Source of the DNA: Candidatus Eiseniibacteriota bacterium
GTDB taxonomy: Bacteria > Eisenbacteria > RBG-16-71-46 > CAZAMP01
Assembly: GCA_965224245.1 (NCBI GenBank)
Contig: OZ245046.1
Coordinates: 256,001 to 320,000 of the forward strand
Direction: 5' to 3'
Length of the DNA: 64,000 nucleotides
Part shown: positions 41,001 to 49,823 of the stretch, one piece after another
Layout of the letters: every line of letters starts with the position of its first letter
Position numbering within the stretch: the stretch's first letter is position 1
Position numbers and translations under genes: made by a program
Notes under the pieces: generated by a model
Told to the model about the DNA's origin: nothing
Databases searched by the model: none
What the model saw: the letters and a program-made list of their open reading frames with translations, nothing else

Positions 41001-42004
41001 GGCTCCAGCGGAACGAACTCCGCGGGCGACGGTGGCGTGTGGTCGCTGCCGGCGAGGATCAGCGCGCGCGGTGGAAGATGGCCGTACGGCAAGCGTCCCG
41101 TGGTCAGCTCGTACAGCACGACCCCGAGCGCGTAGAGATCGCTCGAGGGGCCGCTCTCGCCCTCGATGAACTGCTCGGGAGCCATGTACGCGGGCGTCCC
41201 GACCAGACGCCGGCGCTCGGGCCGAGCGCCTGCCGCCTCGCTCGCGTCTCCTGCATCGGCGTCGGCCGGTACGAGCTGCACGGCGAGCCCGAAATCGGTG
41301 ATGACCGCCCGCTCCCGATCCCGCTCAGGCTCCGGTACCAGCATGATGTTGCCCGGCTTCAGGTCCCGATGGACGACGCCGGCGCGATGTGCGGCGTCGA
41401 GGCCCGCCACCACCTGCCGAACGATCGGCAGCGCCGCTCGGGCCGACATGGGTCCCCGAGAGCGAACGCGCCGCGCCAACGTCTCCCCGGACAGAAGCTC
41501 CATCGTGAGGTAGATGAGTCCGCGGCGCCGATCCCGACCCATCTCGTAGATCCGGCAGACGTTCGCGTGCGTCACCGACCGCGCCAGCAGAACCTCTTGC
41601 TTGAACGCGCGCAGCGCGGAGCGGCTCGTCGCGATCTCCGCACGGATCAGCTTCAACGCAACCGCCACGTCCAGCAGCTCGTCGATCGCCTCGTAGACCT
41701 CTCCCATGCCGCCTCGGTCCAGGAACGCGACGACGCGGTAGCGGTCGTCGACCCGCTCGCCGACCGCGAGTCGCTGAGCCGGTGGCTCGGCCGCGTGCTC
41801 GGCGTCGTTCGCCGGGTGATCAAGAAGCGGAGGGACCGGGAGCTCGCAGGTTCTCATCACGCGGACGATAAGGTCCTCGACCTCGCGTCGCAGCTCGTCG
41901 TCGTCCGAGCACTCTCGGTCGAGAAAGCGGGTGCGGACGGCCGCTTCGAGGGAGACCGCCTCATCGAACAGCTCGAACACGCGACGTTCGCGGTCCTCGA
42001 TCAT
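38042..42004 (-). CDS. Ser/Thr kinase - STAND-type P-loop NTPase - TPR multidomain protein
   Basis: HRDLKPGN, DFGLA, GTPAYMAPEQ; Walker A GPGGAGKT, LILDNFEH, LDGLPLAIELAA; many 40-aa ALAIHREVGNRxxEG..LGNLG repeats; ATGA overlap with the ECF stop. Confidence 0.93.
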   Translation of the reverse strand: MIEDRERRVFELFDEAVSLEAAVRTRFLDRECSDDDELRREVEDLIVRVMRTCELPVPPLLDHPANDAEHAAEPPAQRLAVGERVDDRYRVVAFLDRGGMGEVYEAIDELLDVAVALKLIRAEIATSRSALRAFKQEVLLARSVTHANVCRIYEMGRDRRRGLIYLTMELLSGETLARRVRSRGPMSARAALPIVRQVVAGLDAAHRAGVVHRDLKPGNIMLVPEPERDRERAVITDFGLAVQLVPADADAGDASEAAGARPERRRLVGTPAYMAPEQFIEGESGPSSDLYALGVVLYELTTGRLPYGHLPPRALILAGSDHTPPSPAEFVPLEPTWEHTILKLISKDPGERFSTAREVIQALDGRTELGERVPFELPPERDPFVGRTTELETLHGRLEPEATHTDHRRLVTLRGPGGAGKTRLALRYAWESLARWPGGAWFCDLSDARSAGAIAHALAVTLDVPIARGDPIVQLGHVLRERRRSLVILDNFEHVVGEADATLGRWLEMGGETRFLATSRRRLQLEEEIDLPLDPLEPEGAGAELFAVRAREQRPGFALGAARTRVETIVRKLDGLPLAIELAASRLRVLSLDELHDRLEDRLGILTGGPHGRHATFETSLDWSWEFLRSWERSAVAQLSVFDGGFTLPAAEAVLDLGAHESAPPVLDVIQSLVDGSWLRTSVAGGVPRFDMYATIHEYASERLAERSPTGDVAGITGRGAPGEDRAAVEARHGAYFAAMGSSSSIEGLDRREGESTWAAFLIELDNFVAGCRRALDRGDAEVAADTYLAANAVLDLRGPFALSVELGREVLEPLDDPHRRARVYGALASAERSSGELDEARGHYEAAIALHRELGDRRAEGTAVGNLAGVLGREGRFEETEELLELSIQIHREVSNRREEGIVLGNLGLVHLELGRMESARKHLEAALAIHREVGNGRSEGVALVNLGNLHHRQGRSEEAREAFEAALASHRSVGNRLGEGLVLDHLGGFHAKHGETDEARRSYEAALDVHRQIGDRRGEGTVLGNLGVFLAQRGALGESRRYFERALSIDREVGNRPREGMDLGNLGTALRLQGLPDEARDHYERALAVHREVGNPHDEGVVLVNLGNLESEQGNLHAARECYESALAIYRETRDRRNEAIALINLGGLLRQLGRGDESRVCYERALAIHRELGDRGAEATALAGLGDIHRDRQCFDDAVACYEEALARHREVGNDPEVGITLGSLGAIHLALGRAREAGRCVDEGLRILRDVGIDLEVALVLCTLSRLERKYGDPTRARDALTEAEAIAERLDVSPDSALAHQIDEVRRDHESERDD

Positions 42005-42579
42005 GGGGACGCATCCGGTGCATCCAGCTCCCTGGCGAGCCAGGAGCGACAGAACCGCCATCGGCGCTCGACCGTGCTGTGAGAGAGCCGGAGCACGTCG
42101 GCGATCTCCGGAATCGTCAGGCCCGTGAAGTAGCGGAGCAAGACGATCTGGATCTTGTCCGCGTGCGCCTTCTCGAGCCGGCGAAGCGCCTGGTCGAGCG
42201 CGATGACGTCGTCACTGGACGCGTCGACGAACGCCAGGACGGAGGTGAGCGTCTGTCGTTGACGGTCTCCGCCGCGCTTCAGCGATCCCTTTCGGCGCGC
42301 TTCCTCGACCAGGAGATCGCGCATCGTGCGCGCGGCGGTGCAGTAGAAGTGGTTCCGTCCGCTCCAGCTGATTGCGCGCCGGTCGACGAGCCGAAGGTAT
42401 GCCTCGTGCACGAGCGCCGTGGTGTCCAGCGTCTCTCCCGGTCGCAGTCGCGCCCGCTGGGCAGTGGCCAGTCCGCGGAGTCTGTCGTACACCCTGGCGA
42501 ACACCTGCTCGGCGGCGGCGCCGTCGCCTCGTCCAGCGCGGTTCAGGAGCTCCGTGATGGGAGCGGTGTCGTCCGACAT
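42001..42579 (-). CDS. ECF sigma factor, kinase-associated ECF43-like
   Basis: ITELL..VYDRLR..TLDTTALVHEAYLRL..LRYFTGLT..EIA..TVERRW; RBS GGAGG. Confidence 0.92.
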   Translation of the reverse strand: MSDDTAPITELLNRAGRGDGAAAEQVFARVYDRLRGLATAQRARLRPGETLDTTALVHEAYLRLVDRRAISWSGRNHFYCTAARTMRDLLVEEARRKGSLKRGGDRQRQTLTSVLAFVDASSDDVIALDQALRRLEKAHADKIQIVLLRYFTGLTIPEIADVLRLSHSTVERRWRFCRSWLARELDAPDASP

Positions 42580-42857
42580 CACCGCCTCCGGGAATGAGCG
42601 GAGGATCAAGGCCCGCGTCGACGTTCCGATCGGCGCAGACACCCACAACGTCTCAATTCTACCGCACGTGGGATTTTAGGAGCCCGATGTCGTCGTGTCC
42701 ACAAGTGGCAATCCCGTGCGGCCGATGTGAAGGCCGAGCCCCGACATGACGAGTGCGACCGATCGGCAGCGTCAGGCGCGTTTGAGAACGAACTCGTCCG
42801 CCCCGGCAGGCCCGGAACGCGGCGCTGTCGCCGGTCCGGGAGAAGGCTGTTTGCCGA

Positions 42858-43658
42858 TCAGAGGCGCTCCAGCTCGTGCCAGACGAGGCGCCGGCCCACG
42901 AGCCCAGGCCCGACCGCCAGCGGCTCGTAGGTTCCGGCTCTGTGCGCGTCGAATGCGGCCGTCTGACGAAACGGAGACCCGTCGATCAGTCGATGCCACG
43001 CCGCCCAGTCCCACAGAAGCACGTCGTCGGTGCCCTCGTGGACCTCGCCGGCACGCGAGCCGCTCAGGATCTCGAACCGGCAAGCCTGGGTCTCGACGCG
43101 CCGACCCGGATCCCAGGCCGTTCCGAACGCCGAGCACCGGAGCCGACCGAAGGGGGCATCGACCTCCCATCGAGAGTGGCGGTCGGGCTCGGTGAGCCGG
43201 TGAGTCGACAGATCCATCAGGTCGAGCTGGATCAGATACCGAGCGCCGCCGACCAGATGCCGGGCGACACACGTCAGGTGACTCGCCGCGCGAGTCTCGC
43301 TCGTGAGGTATCCAAGGCCTCCGATCGGACAGTACGCGCCGTCGACGGGGCGGCCGAGATCGAAGTCAGCCATGTCGCCCTCGATCAGCGTCGGCTCGGG
43401 GAGATCGCTCGCGTGCATGCGATCTCTTGCGCGCTGCAGCATCGTCGGTGATCGATCGATCCCGACGAGGCGAGCACCCCGCCTGGCGAGCGCGGGGAAC
43501 ATCCGCCCCGAGCCGCATCCCGGCTCGAGGAGCGTGGGGGACACCGGAGCGGAATGGCCGGACACGAGTCGTTCCAGCAGCCAGTCGGCATCCGCGTTGG
43601 TGTCCCACGAGAAGGCCGCGTCGTAGAGGTCCGCATGTGCGTCGAAGATCCCGGACAC
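42858..43658 (-). CDS. class I SAM-dependent methyltransferase
   Basis: LLEPGCGSGR, GIDRSPTML, EGDMADFDL. Confidence 0.88.
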   Translation of the reverse strand: MSGIFDAHADLYDAAFSWDTNADADWLLERLVSGHSAPVSPTLLEPGCGSGRMFPALARRGARLVGIDRSPTMLQRARDRMHASDLPEPTLIEGDMADFDLGRPVDGAYCPIGGLGYLTSETRAASHLTCVARHLVGGARYLIQLDLMDLSTHRLTEPDRHSRWEVDAPFGRLRCSAFGTAWDPGRRVETQACRFEILSGSRAGEVHEGTDDVLLWDWAAWHRLIDGSPFRQTAAFDAHRAGTYEPLAVGPGLVGRRLVWHELERL

Positions 43659-43681
43659 AGCGACCGTCCCCTGTGAGGGCG

Positions 43682-44950
43682 TTACCGCAGGACCGTCACC
43701 GTCCGCGTGACATCCCGACCGGACGCGCCGAGCGCACCCGCCGAGGTCAGCCGCACGAAGTAGACACCCGGCGCGACTCGCTCACCGCGGTCGGTCCGGC
43801 CGTCCCATGCGAGCGAGTGTCGTCCCGCCTCCAGGCCGTCGACGGCGATCGAGCGCACGGCGCGTCCGGCGGCGTCGAACACGTTCATCACGACGTTCCC
43901 GCTGGACGCGAGGTCGAACCGGACGACGGTCGACGCGCGGAACGGATTCGGATGAGGGGCATGAAGCAAGGTGGTCGTCGACGGCGTCAGCGGATCATCG
44001 GCGCCGACCACGGGACCCATCTCGTACGTCCACAGATCCCACTCGAGGCGGCTCGTGCTCAGCCCCGCCAGGAAGTAGAGCGAGTCGCCGATCAGGAACG
44101 AGCCCGGAGCCCATCGCCCCGAGCCCGGATGCGGCGGCAGCTGGATCCAGGTGTCGGTGTCGCCGTCGTACTGCCAGAACTCGCCCTGGTCGAGCTGGAC
44201 GTGGTCGGTTCCCTCACCGCTCAGGACGTAGCCCTTTCCGTCCCAGCTGAACTGGGTGCCCGCCACGCGTCCCTCGCCGGGGAAGTCGGTCATCCGGGTC
44301 CAGGTGTCGGTGATCGGATCGAACCGATAGAAGTCGCGGTATATCCCGCCGCCGTGTCCGAAGCCCACGTAGGGGACGTCCCCGATGTTGAAGTAGTAGG
44401 GGTGATGCCGCCGCGGCCCGGGCAGGTCGTCGTGCTGTAGCCACGAGTCGGTGGCGATGTCGTACTCCCACCAGTCGCCCAGGTTGCCGATCGCGGAGCC
44501 GCCACATCCGACGTAGATCTTCCCGTCGTCGGTGATGACGAACGCCGGGTGCGTGCGGGGCTGTCCGGGAAGGCTCGTCAGCTCGGCCCATGTCCCGGTC
44601 GTCGGATCGTACTCCCACAGGTCGGCGAGGTACGTGGAGCCCACTGCCAGCCCGAAGCCGAGGTATCCTTTGCCGCCGTAGGCCCCCCCGTACGCATAGC
44701 CACGATCGGGTCCGGGGAAGTCCGGCAGGACCGCCCAGGAATCGCCGACCGGGTCGTAGCGAAAGAAATCATCCGTGGCCCCCGCGCCCGATGTCGAGCC
44801 CGTGACGACGTAGCCGTACCCGTCGAGGGTGAACGTGACGGGATGATGACGTCCGGGAGACGGCATGCTGGTCCGTTCGTTCCAGAGACCGGCATGGGCG
44901 GTAGACGTCGCGACGACGACGAGCAACGAACAGATCAGGCTCGAAGACAT
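43682..44950 (-). CDS. Kelch-repeat protein with C-terminal sorting domain
   Basis: Repeats of DFxxYDPxxDxW..DFPG..R; signal peptide; PHPNPF..FDAAGR..WDG..PGVYFVRL. Confidence 0.9.
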   Translation of the reverse strand: MSSSLICSLLVVVATSTAHAGLWNERTSMPSPGRHHPVTFTLDGYGYVVTGSTSGAGATDDFFRYDPVGDSWAVLPDFPGPDRGYAYGGAYGGKGYLGFGLAVGSTYLADLWEYDPTTGTWAELTSLPGQPRTHPAFVITDDGKIYVGCGGSAIGNLGDWWEYDIATDSWLQHDDLPGPRRHHPYYFNIGDVPYVGFGHGGGIYRDFYRFDPITDTWTRMTDFPGEGRVAGTQFSWDGKGYVLSGEGTDHVQLDQGEFWQYDGDTDTWIQLPPHPGSGRWAPGSFLIGDSLYFLAGLSTSRLEWDLWTYEMGPVVGADDPLTPSTTTLLHAPHPNPFRASTVVRFDLASSGNVVMNVFDAAGRAVRSIAVDGLEAGRHSLAWDGRTDRGERVAPGVYFVRLTSAGALGASGRDVTRTVTVLR

Positions 44951-45238
44951 GGATCCTCCAGCGTCGGGGTCTTGCGGATGGAATGGACGGGCCAGTCGAC
45001 GAGGGAGTCTAGCATCCGGGCGTGCGCTTCCTAAAAGGCCCGATCGCCGCCGTCATCCAGACGGCTGCGGGCCGAGGATCGGGTCTCGCCGCCCGGGCGG
45101 ACGTCGTCGGTCTCCGCTCACGTTATGATCACGCGGCGGCCAGACCCGGAATCGACCGGCGCGGGCTGCGAAGCTCCCGGGGAGGACACATGCACGGATC
45201 GTCCGCTCGATGAGCACTGCCGGCCGGGAGTCGCGTCG

Positions 45239-45796
45239 ATGAGCGACATCACGCGCCTCTTGAGAGCCGTCGAGCGCGGGGAGGCCGGGTCCGCCGACGA
45301 GCTCATGCGGGTCGTCTACGCCGAGCTCCGGCGGATCGCCGCGCACAAGATGGCCCGCGAGCAGCCCGGGCAGACCCTCCAGACCACCGCTCTCGTTCAC
45401 GAGGCCTGGCTCCGACTGGGTGGCGACCACTCGTCTCGCTGGGAGAACCGGGCCCACTTCTTCGCCGCCGCGGCCGAGGCGATGCGTCGCATCCTCGTCG
45501 ACAACGCACGTCGCAAGAGACGACTCAAGCACGGTGGCGACCTCGAGCGCGTGGAGCTCGACCACGCGCAGCTCGCGGTCCCGCTCCGGGACGACGACGT
45601 GCTGGCCGTGGACGAGGCACTCGACCTCCTCGAACAAAACGATCCCCGCGCGGCCCGGATGATCCATCTCTGCTTCTTCCTCGGGATGACCCAGCAGGAA
45701 GCGGCGGACACGATGGGAATCTCGGTGAGCACGGCCGAACGAACATGGGCCTATGCCCGTGCGTGGCTGTACCGGCGGATCCGGGACGACCGCTAG
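45239..45796 (+). CDS. ECF sigma factor, kinase-associated ECF43-like
   Basis: MSDITRLL..VYAELRRIA..TLQTTALVHEAWLRL..ERTWAYARAWL. Confidence 0.93.
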   Translation: MSDITRLLRAVERGEAGSADELMRVVYAELRRIAAHKMAREQPGQTLQTTALVHEAWLRLGGDHSSRWENRAHFFAAAAEAMRRILVDNARRKRRLKHGGDLERVELDHAQLAVPLRDDDVLAVDEALDLLEQNDPRAARMIHLCFFLGMTQQEAADTMGISVSTAERTWAYARAWLYRRIRDDR

Positions 45797-45894
45797 CCGG
45801 ATCTCGACGCGCCGCGACTTTTGGTGAGGGAAGATGTGCCGTCACGGCGCATGCAGAGGTGCGAACAGGTTTCTCTGGTGGAAGGAGCACCTCG

Positions 45895-48800
45895 ATGGAC
45901 GAGGACCCGCGCATCAAGGACATCTTCCTGCGCGCACGCGAGCTGGCGTCGACGCGGGAGCGCGAGGCGTACCTCAACGAGATCTGTGCCGGCGACGGTG
46001 AGCTGCGGGAGCAGGTCGAGTCGTTGCTTCGCTCCGAGGATGAAGCCGGGACGTTTCTTCAGCTCACCGAGCGAGAGCACGCCGGGTCGGTCCTCGGTGA
46101 GGGCCCCGGCACCGTCGTCGGGCGCTACAAGCTCCTCGAGGAGATCGGCCGCGGCGGGTTCGGCGTCGTGTACATGGCCGAGCAGCTCGAACCGGTACGG
46201 CGGAAGGTGGCGCTCAAGGTCATCAAGGCCGGGATGGACACGCGCGAGGTGATCGCACGCTTCGAGGCGGAGCGCCAGGCACTCGCCCTGATGGATCACC
46301 CCAACATCGCCCGTGTGCTGGACGCCGGAGCCACCGAGGCGGGGCGTCCCTACTTCGTCATGGAGCTGGTCCGCGGGCTGCCCGTGACCGAGTTCTGCGA
46401 CCGGGAATCGCTCTCCTACCGCGAGCGTCTGGAGATCTTCGTCGCGATCTGCCACGCGGTGCAACACGCCCACCAGAAGGGTGTCATCCACCGCGACCTG
46501 AAGCCGAGCAACGTGCTCGTCAGCGTGCACGACGGCCGGCCGGTTCCCAAGGTGATCGACTTCGGCGTGGCCAAGGCGCTCGGACAGAGCCTCACCGAGC
46601 GGACGCTGTTCACCGGGTTCCACGACATGATCGGCACGCCCGCCTACATGAGTCCGGAGCAGGCCCAGCTCAGCGGCCAGGACGTCGACACGCGCAGCGA
46701 CGTGTACTCGCTCGGGATCCTGCTCTACGAGCTTCTGGTCGGGACGACGCCGTTCGATCGGGACACGCTGGGCAAGGCCGCGCTCGACGAGATCCGGCGG
46801 ATGATCCGGGAGACGGATCCGCCAACGCCCTCCCAGCGACTCCGGACGCTCGGAGGAAAGCTGCCGGAGATCGCACGATTTCGCGCCACCGACGCCGCGA
46901 CTCTGGCCCGGACGGTCCGCGGCGAGCTGGACTGGATCGTGATGAAGGCGCTGGAGAAGGACCGACGCCGCCGGTACGAGACGTCCGATGCGCTCGCCCA
47001 GGATGTCGGCCGCTACCTGAACGACCAGCCGGTCGTCGCGGCGGCGCCCGGTGCCGGCTACGTCATGCGGAAGTTCGTGCGGCGACACCGCGTCGGGATC
47101 GTCACCGCCGGTGCGTTTCTGACGTTGCTCGTCGCGGGCACGGTCGTGAGCACCTGGCAGGCTATTCGTGCGTCCCGGGCGGAGCAGGCCCAGCGCGTCC
47201 TGCGCGAGCGGGCCGACGAGGCCCGGGACGTCGAGACACGACTTCGCAGGCTGGCTGACGCCCGCCAGCGAATCGCGCGCGCGAGCCTTCTCGTGCGCGA
47301 GGGTGACCTCGAGGCAGCCGACACGCTCGTCGGATCGATCGACTCGCTGATGGTCGACCTGGATCCCGTCGAGGCCGGGGAGATCCACACCGCGATCGGG
47401 GCCTGGCGCGCGCGCAACGCGGAGTGGTCGCGCGCGGCGACGAGCTTCGGACGGGTCATCGAGGCCGATCCGGGGAGCTTCGATGCGCGTCACCGGCTGG
47501 CACCGGTGTACGTCCAGGTCGGGGACTCGCTCCGCTACGACGCCCTGCGCACGGAGATGCTGGACCGGTTCGGCGACACGCACGATCCGTTCGTGGCGGC
47601 GAGCCTGGTGAAGGACTGTCTCATCAGACCGTGGACGCCCGCGGCGATGGACACCCTCGCGCACCTGGCCGACACGGTGCTGGATCGGGAACCGGACGTG
47701 CGGCAGCGCCGACGTCTCCTCCTCGCCCGGGGACTCCTCGACTACCGGCGCGGCCGGTTCACGGCCGCCGAAGCAGCCCTGCGCGAGGTGGCCGAGGGGG
47801 GCGAGTGGGAGCGCAACCTGGACGAGGACGTTCAGGCGTACATGCTTCTGGCCATGTCCCGTCTGAAGCTCGGTCGCGCCTCCGAGGCACGCGCCACGCT
47901 CGTCAATGGTCTGGGGATCGCACGCGACGCTCTCCCGGCGGATGAGACGGCGCTCGTGGGCTGGCGGGACTGGAACGAGTGGATCCTGTCGACGGCCTTG
48001 ATGGACGAGGCCACGCGACTCGTCGAGGGATCCACCTCGTCGAGCGCGGTGACCGATTCGCCGCCGGCTTCCGGTCGATCGCCGGAGCCCGCCGCTGGCC
48101 ATGCCGATCGCGCGGCCCTCATGCTGTCCCGGGGCGTCGAGGCGTCGCTCACCATCTTTCCCGCGCGGCTCGGCGGTCAGGCGTTCGGACGGGTGTCGGG
48201 TGTGATCGGCACGCTGCTGGAGCAGATGGGACTCCGACACATCGCGCTCGAGGAGACCGTGTTCGACCCCGGTCCCGAGACGGGGATGCCTCACGTGATC
48301 GAGGCGTTCGGTCGGTTCGTCGTCGAGCACCCGATCGCGAGCGAGTACGCGCTGTACGCCGAGTACAACGGCACGCGTGAGACAGGTGTCGTCGAGCTGC
48401 GTGCCGTCGTGGTCGATCGCGACGGAAACCTGGTATGGCAGGACCGTCTGGGCCGTGAGGACGCGGCGTTCAGCGAGATCCCCGGGCCCGACCCCATGAG
48501 CGTGACCGTGCTCCTCGTGGAGCGACTGTGTCCATCGTTCGGCCTGAGCGAGGAGACCCAGCGGGCCGCGGCTCCCGGCGAGATGGCGAGGCGATCGCGC
48601 GAGAGCAGCGGACTGCCTCCGGACGACGAGCTCGCGCTACTGGACGCGAGACGTGAGGCACTTCGGCGCGCCGGCGGAGACGCCACGCTGGCCGTCTACT
48701 CACCCCGGGTTCAGGGAGCCGCCGATGCGGGGGAGGCGGCGCGACTCGCGCGGCAAATCGCGGACCGAGGGCTGTGTCGCGCGTCGGCGGTGGCGACCCC

Positions 48801-49110
48801 GCTCTCGATCGAGGCCTCGCAGAAGGGACCGAACGAGCTCCGGATCCTGTGGGATCTGGCCCGCGCCTTCCGCGAGCACGTCCGCGCGCATCCACCCGAT
48901 GCGGACTATGCCCTCTACGCCGACTTCGTCTTCGACCCCGGACGCTGGGAGCAGGGGTACGTTCACTTCGTGGTCTGCGATCGGTCGGGGGAGTGGGTCG
49001 TCGTGGACCTGCAGAACTCCGAGCACGCGGACTACCAGAAGGTGAAGCCGACGTCGGAGGACGCGTGCTCGAGGCTCCTCGTCGAGCGACTCCGGCAGGT
49101 GCTTCTGTGA
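45895..49110 (+). CDS. membrane Ser/Thr kinase with TPR region and duplicated C-terminal domain
   Basis: GRGGFGVVY, HRDLKPSN, DFGVAK, GTPAYMSPEQ, GELDWIVMKALEKDR; TM segment; RBS AAGGAG. Confidence 0.93.
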   Translation: MDEDPRIKDIFLRARELASTREREAYLNEICAGDGELREQVESLLRSEDEAGTFLQLTEREHAGSVLGEGPGTVVGRYKLLEEIGRGGFGVVYMAEQLEPVRRKVALKVIKAGMDTREVIARFEAERQALALMDHPNIARVLDAGATEAGRPYFVMELVRGLPVTEFCDRESLSYRERLEIFVAICHAVQHAHQKGVIHRDLKPSNVLVSVHDGRPVPKVIDFGVAKALGQSLTERTLFTGFHDMIGTPAYMSPEQAQLSGQDVDTRSDVYSLGILLYELLVGTTPFDRDTLGKAALDEIRRMIRETDPPTPSQRLRTLGGKLPEIARFRATDAATLARTVRGELDWIVMKALEKDRRRRYETSDALAQDVGRYLNDQPVVAAAPGAGYVMRKFVRRHRVGIVTAGAFLTLLVAGTVVSTWQAIRASRAEQAQRVLRERADEARDVETRLRRLADARQRIARASLLVREGDLEAADTLVGSIDSLMVDLDPVEAGEIHTAIGAWRARNAEWSRAATSFGRVIEADPGSFDARHRLAPVYVQVGDSLRYDALRTEMLDRFGDTHDPFVAASLVKDCLIRPWTPAAMDTLAHLADTVLDREPDVRQRRRLLLARGLLDYRRGRFTAAEAALREVAEGGEWERNLDEDVQAYMLLAMSRLKLGRASEARATLVNGLGIARDALPADETALVGWRDWNEWILSTALMDEATRLVEGSTSSSAVTDSPPASGRSPEPAAGHADRAALMLSRGVEASLTIFPARLGGQAFGRVSGVIGTLLEQMGLRHIALEETVFDPGPETGMPHVIEAFGRFVVEHPIASEYALYAEYNGTRETGVVELRAVVVDRDGNLVWQDRLGREDAAFSEIPGPDPMSVTVLLVERLCPSFGLSEETQRAAAPGEMARRSRESSGLPPDDELALLDARREALRRAGGDATLAVYSPRVQGAADAGEAARLARQIADRGLCRASAVATPLSIEASQKGPNELRILWDLARAFREHVRAHPPDADYALYADFVFDPGRWEQGYVHFVVCDRSGEWVVVDLQNSEHADYQKVKPTSEDACSRLLVERLRQVLL

Positions 49111-49823
49111 GGCAACAGCGTGGCCGGCAGCGTCGCGGTGATCTCGCGCGCGGTGAGGGCACGGCGTCGCGACGCTTCCACGATCGACTGCGACGCATCG
49201 TCTCCGGCGTCGGTAGCCTCATGATGCTACTCGCGACGTGGCCGACGTTGGGGGGATCGGTGGTCGTGGAGCCGGCAGGCGGCATCGCCGTTCCCCTGGG
49301 CCGTGACGCGGAGTCCGCCGGCGCGGGCGTGTCCCTCGGCGTGGCCCTCGCGTCCGAGGGGGATCGGACGAGCTACGGCTTCGTGCTGGCACGACACGAG
49401 CTACGACCATGTCCCGAGTCGTACGCACTCCCGCCGGGCTGGGGCACGGTGAAGAGCATCGCCGCTCACACGACGATCTGGACGCTCAGCATCGGACTGC
49501 GCCATGCATTGCTCCACTCGGGCTCCCTCCGTTGCGATGGCGGCGTGGAGGTCGGTCGCTACCACCGGACGTCCACGCTCGATCTGACGGTCGCGACCAC
49601 CGGGGCTCCCGCCTCGATCGCGAGGCGCTTCGGCGATCGGGCCTTCGGTACGGGTATCGAGCTGCGCACGACGCTCGGGGTGGGATCGTCCGAGGTCGGC
49701 GTCCGAGCCGCCTATCGTCGGTCGCTGGCGGAACTCTCGGTCGACGCGCCACTCGAGCTGGCCAGCGTTCATCTGGTGTGGGCGTTTCGGGTCCGCGGCA
49801 CGCGGGACGGCGGGTCGCCATGA
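49107..49823 (+). CDS. hypothetical protein, possible outer-membrane beta-barrel
   Basis: Alternating beta-strand pattern; GTGA/ATGA overlaps at both ends; start may be ATG at 49221. Confidence 0.55.
   Translation: MRQQRGRQRRGDLARGEGTASRRFHDRLRRIVSGVGSLMMLLATWPTLGGSVVVEPAGGIAVPLGRDAESAGAGVSLGVALASEGDRTSYGFVLARHELRPCPESYALPPGWGTVKSIAAHTTIWTLSIGLRHALLHSGSLRCDGGVEVGRYHRTSTLDLTVATTGAPASIARRFGDRAFGTGIELRTTLGVGSSEVGVRAAYRRSLAELSVDAPLELASVHLVWAFRVRGTRDGGSP

Noticed and set aside
45825-45853. TGAGGG-N17-CGCATG between ECF and kinase as a possible ECF promoter (weakly similar TGATGG at 34063)
   Set aside because: Too few and too divergent copies in the window to support a motif.
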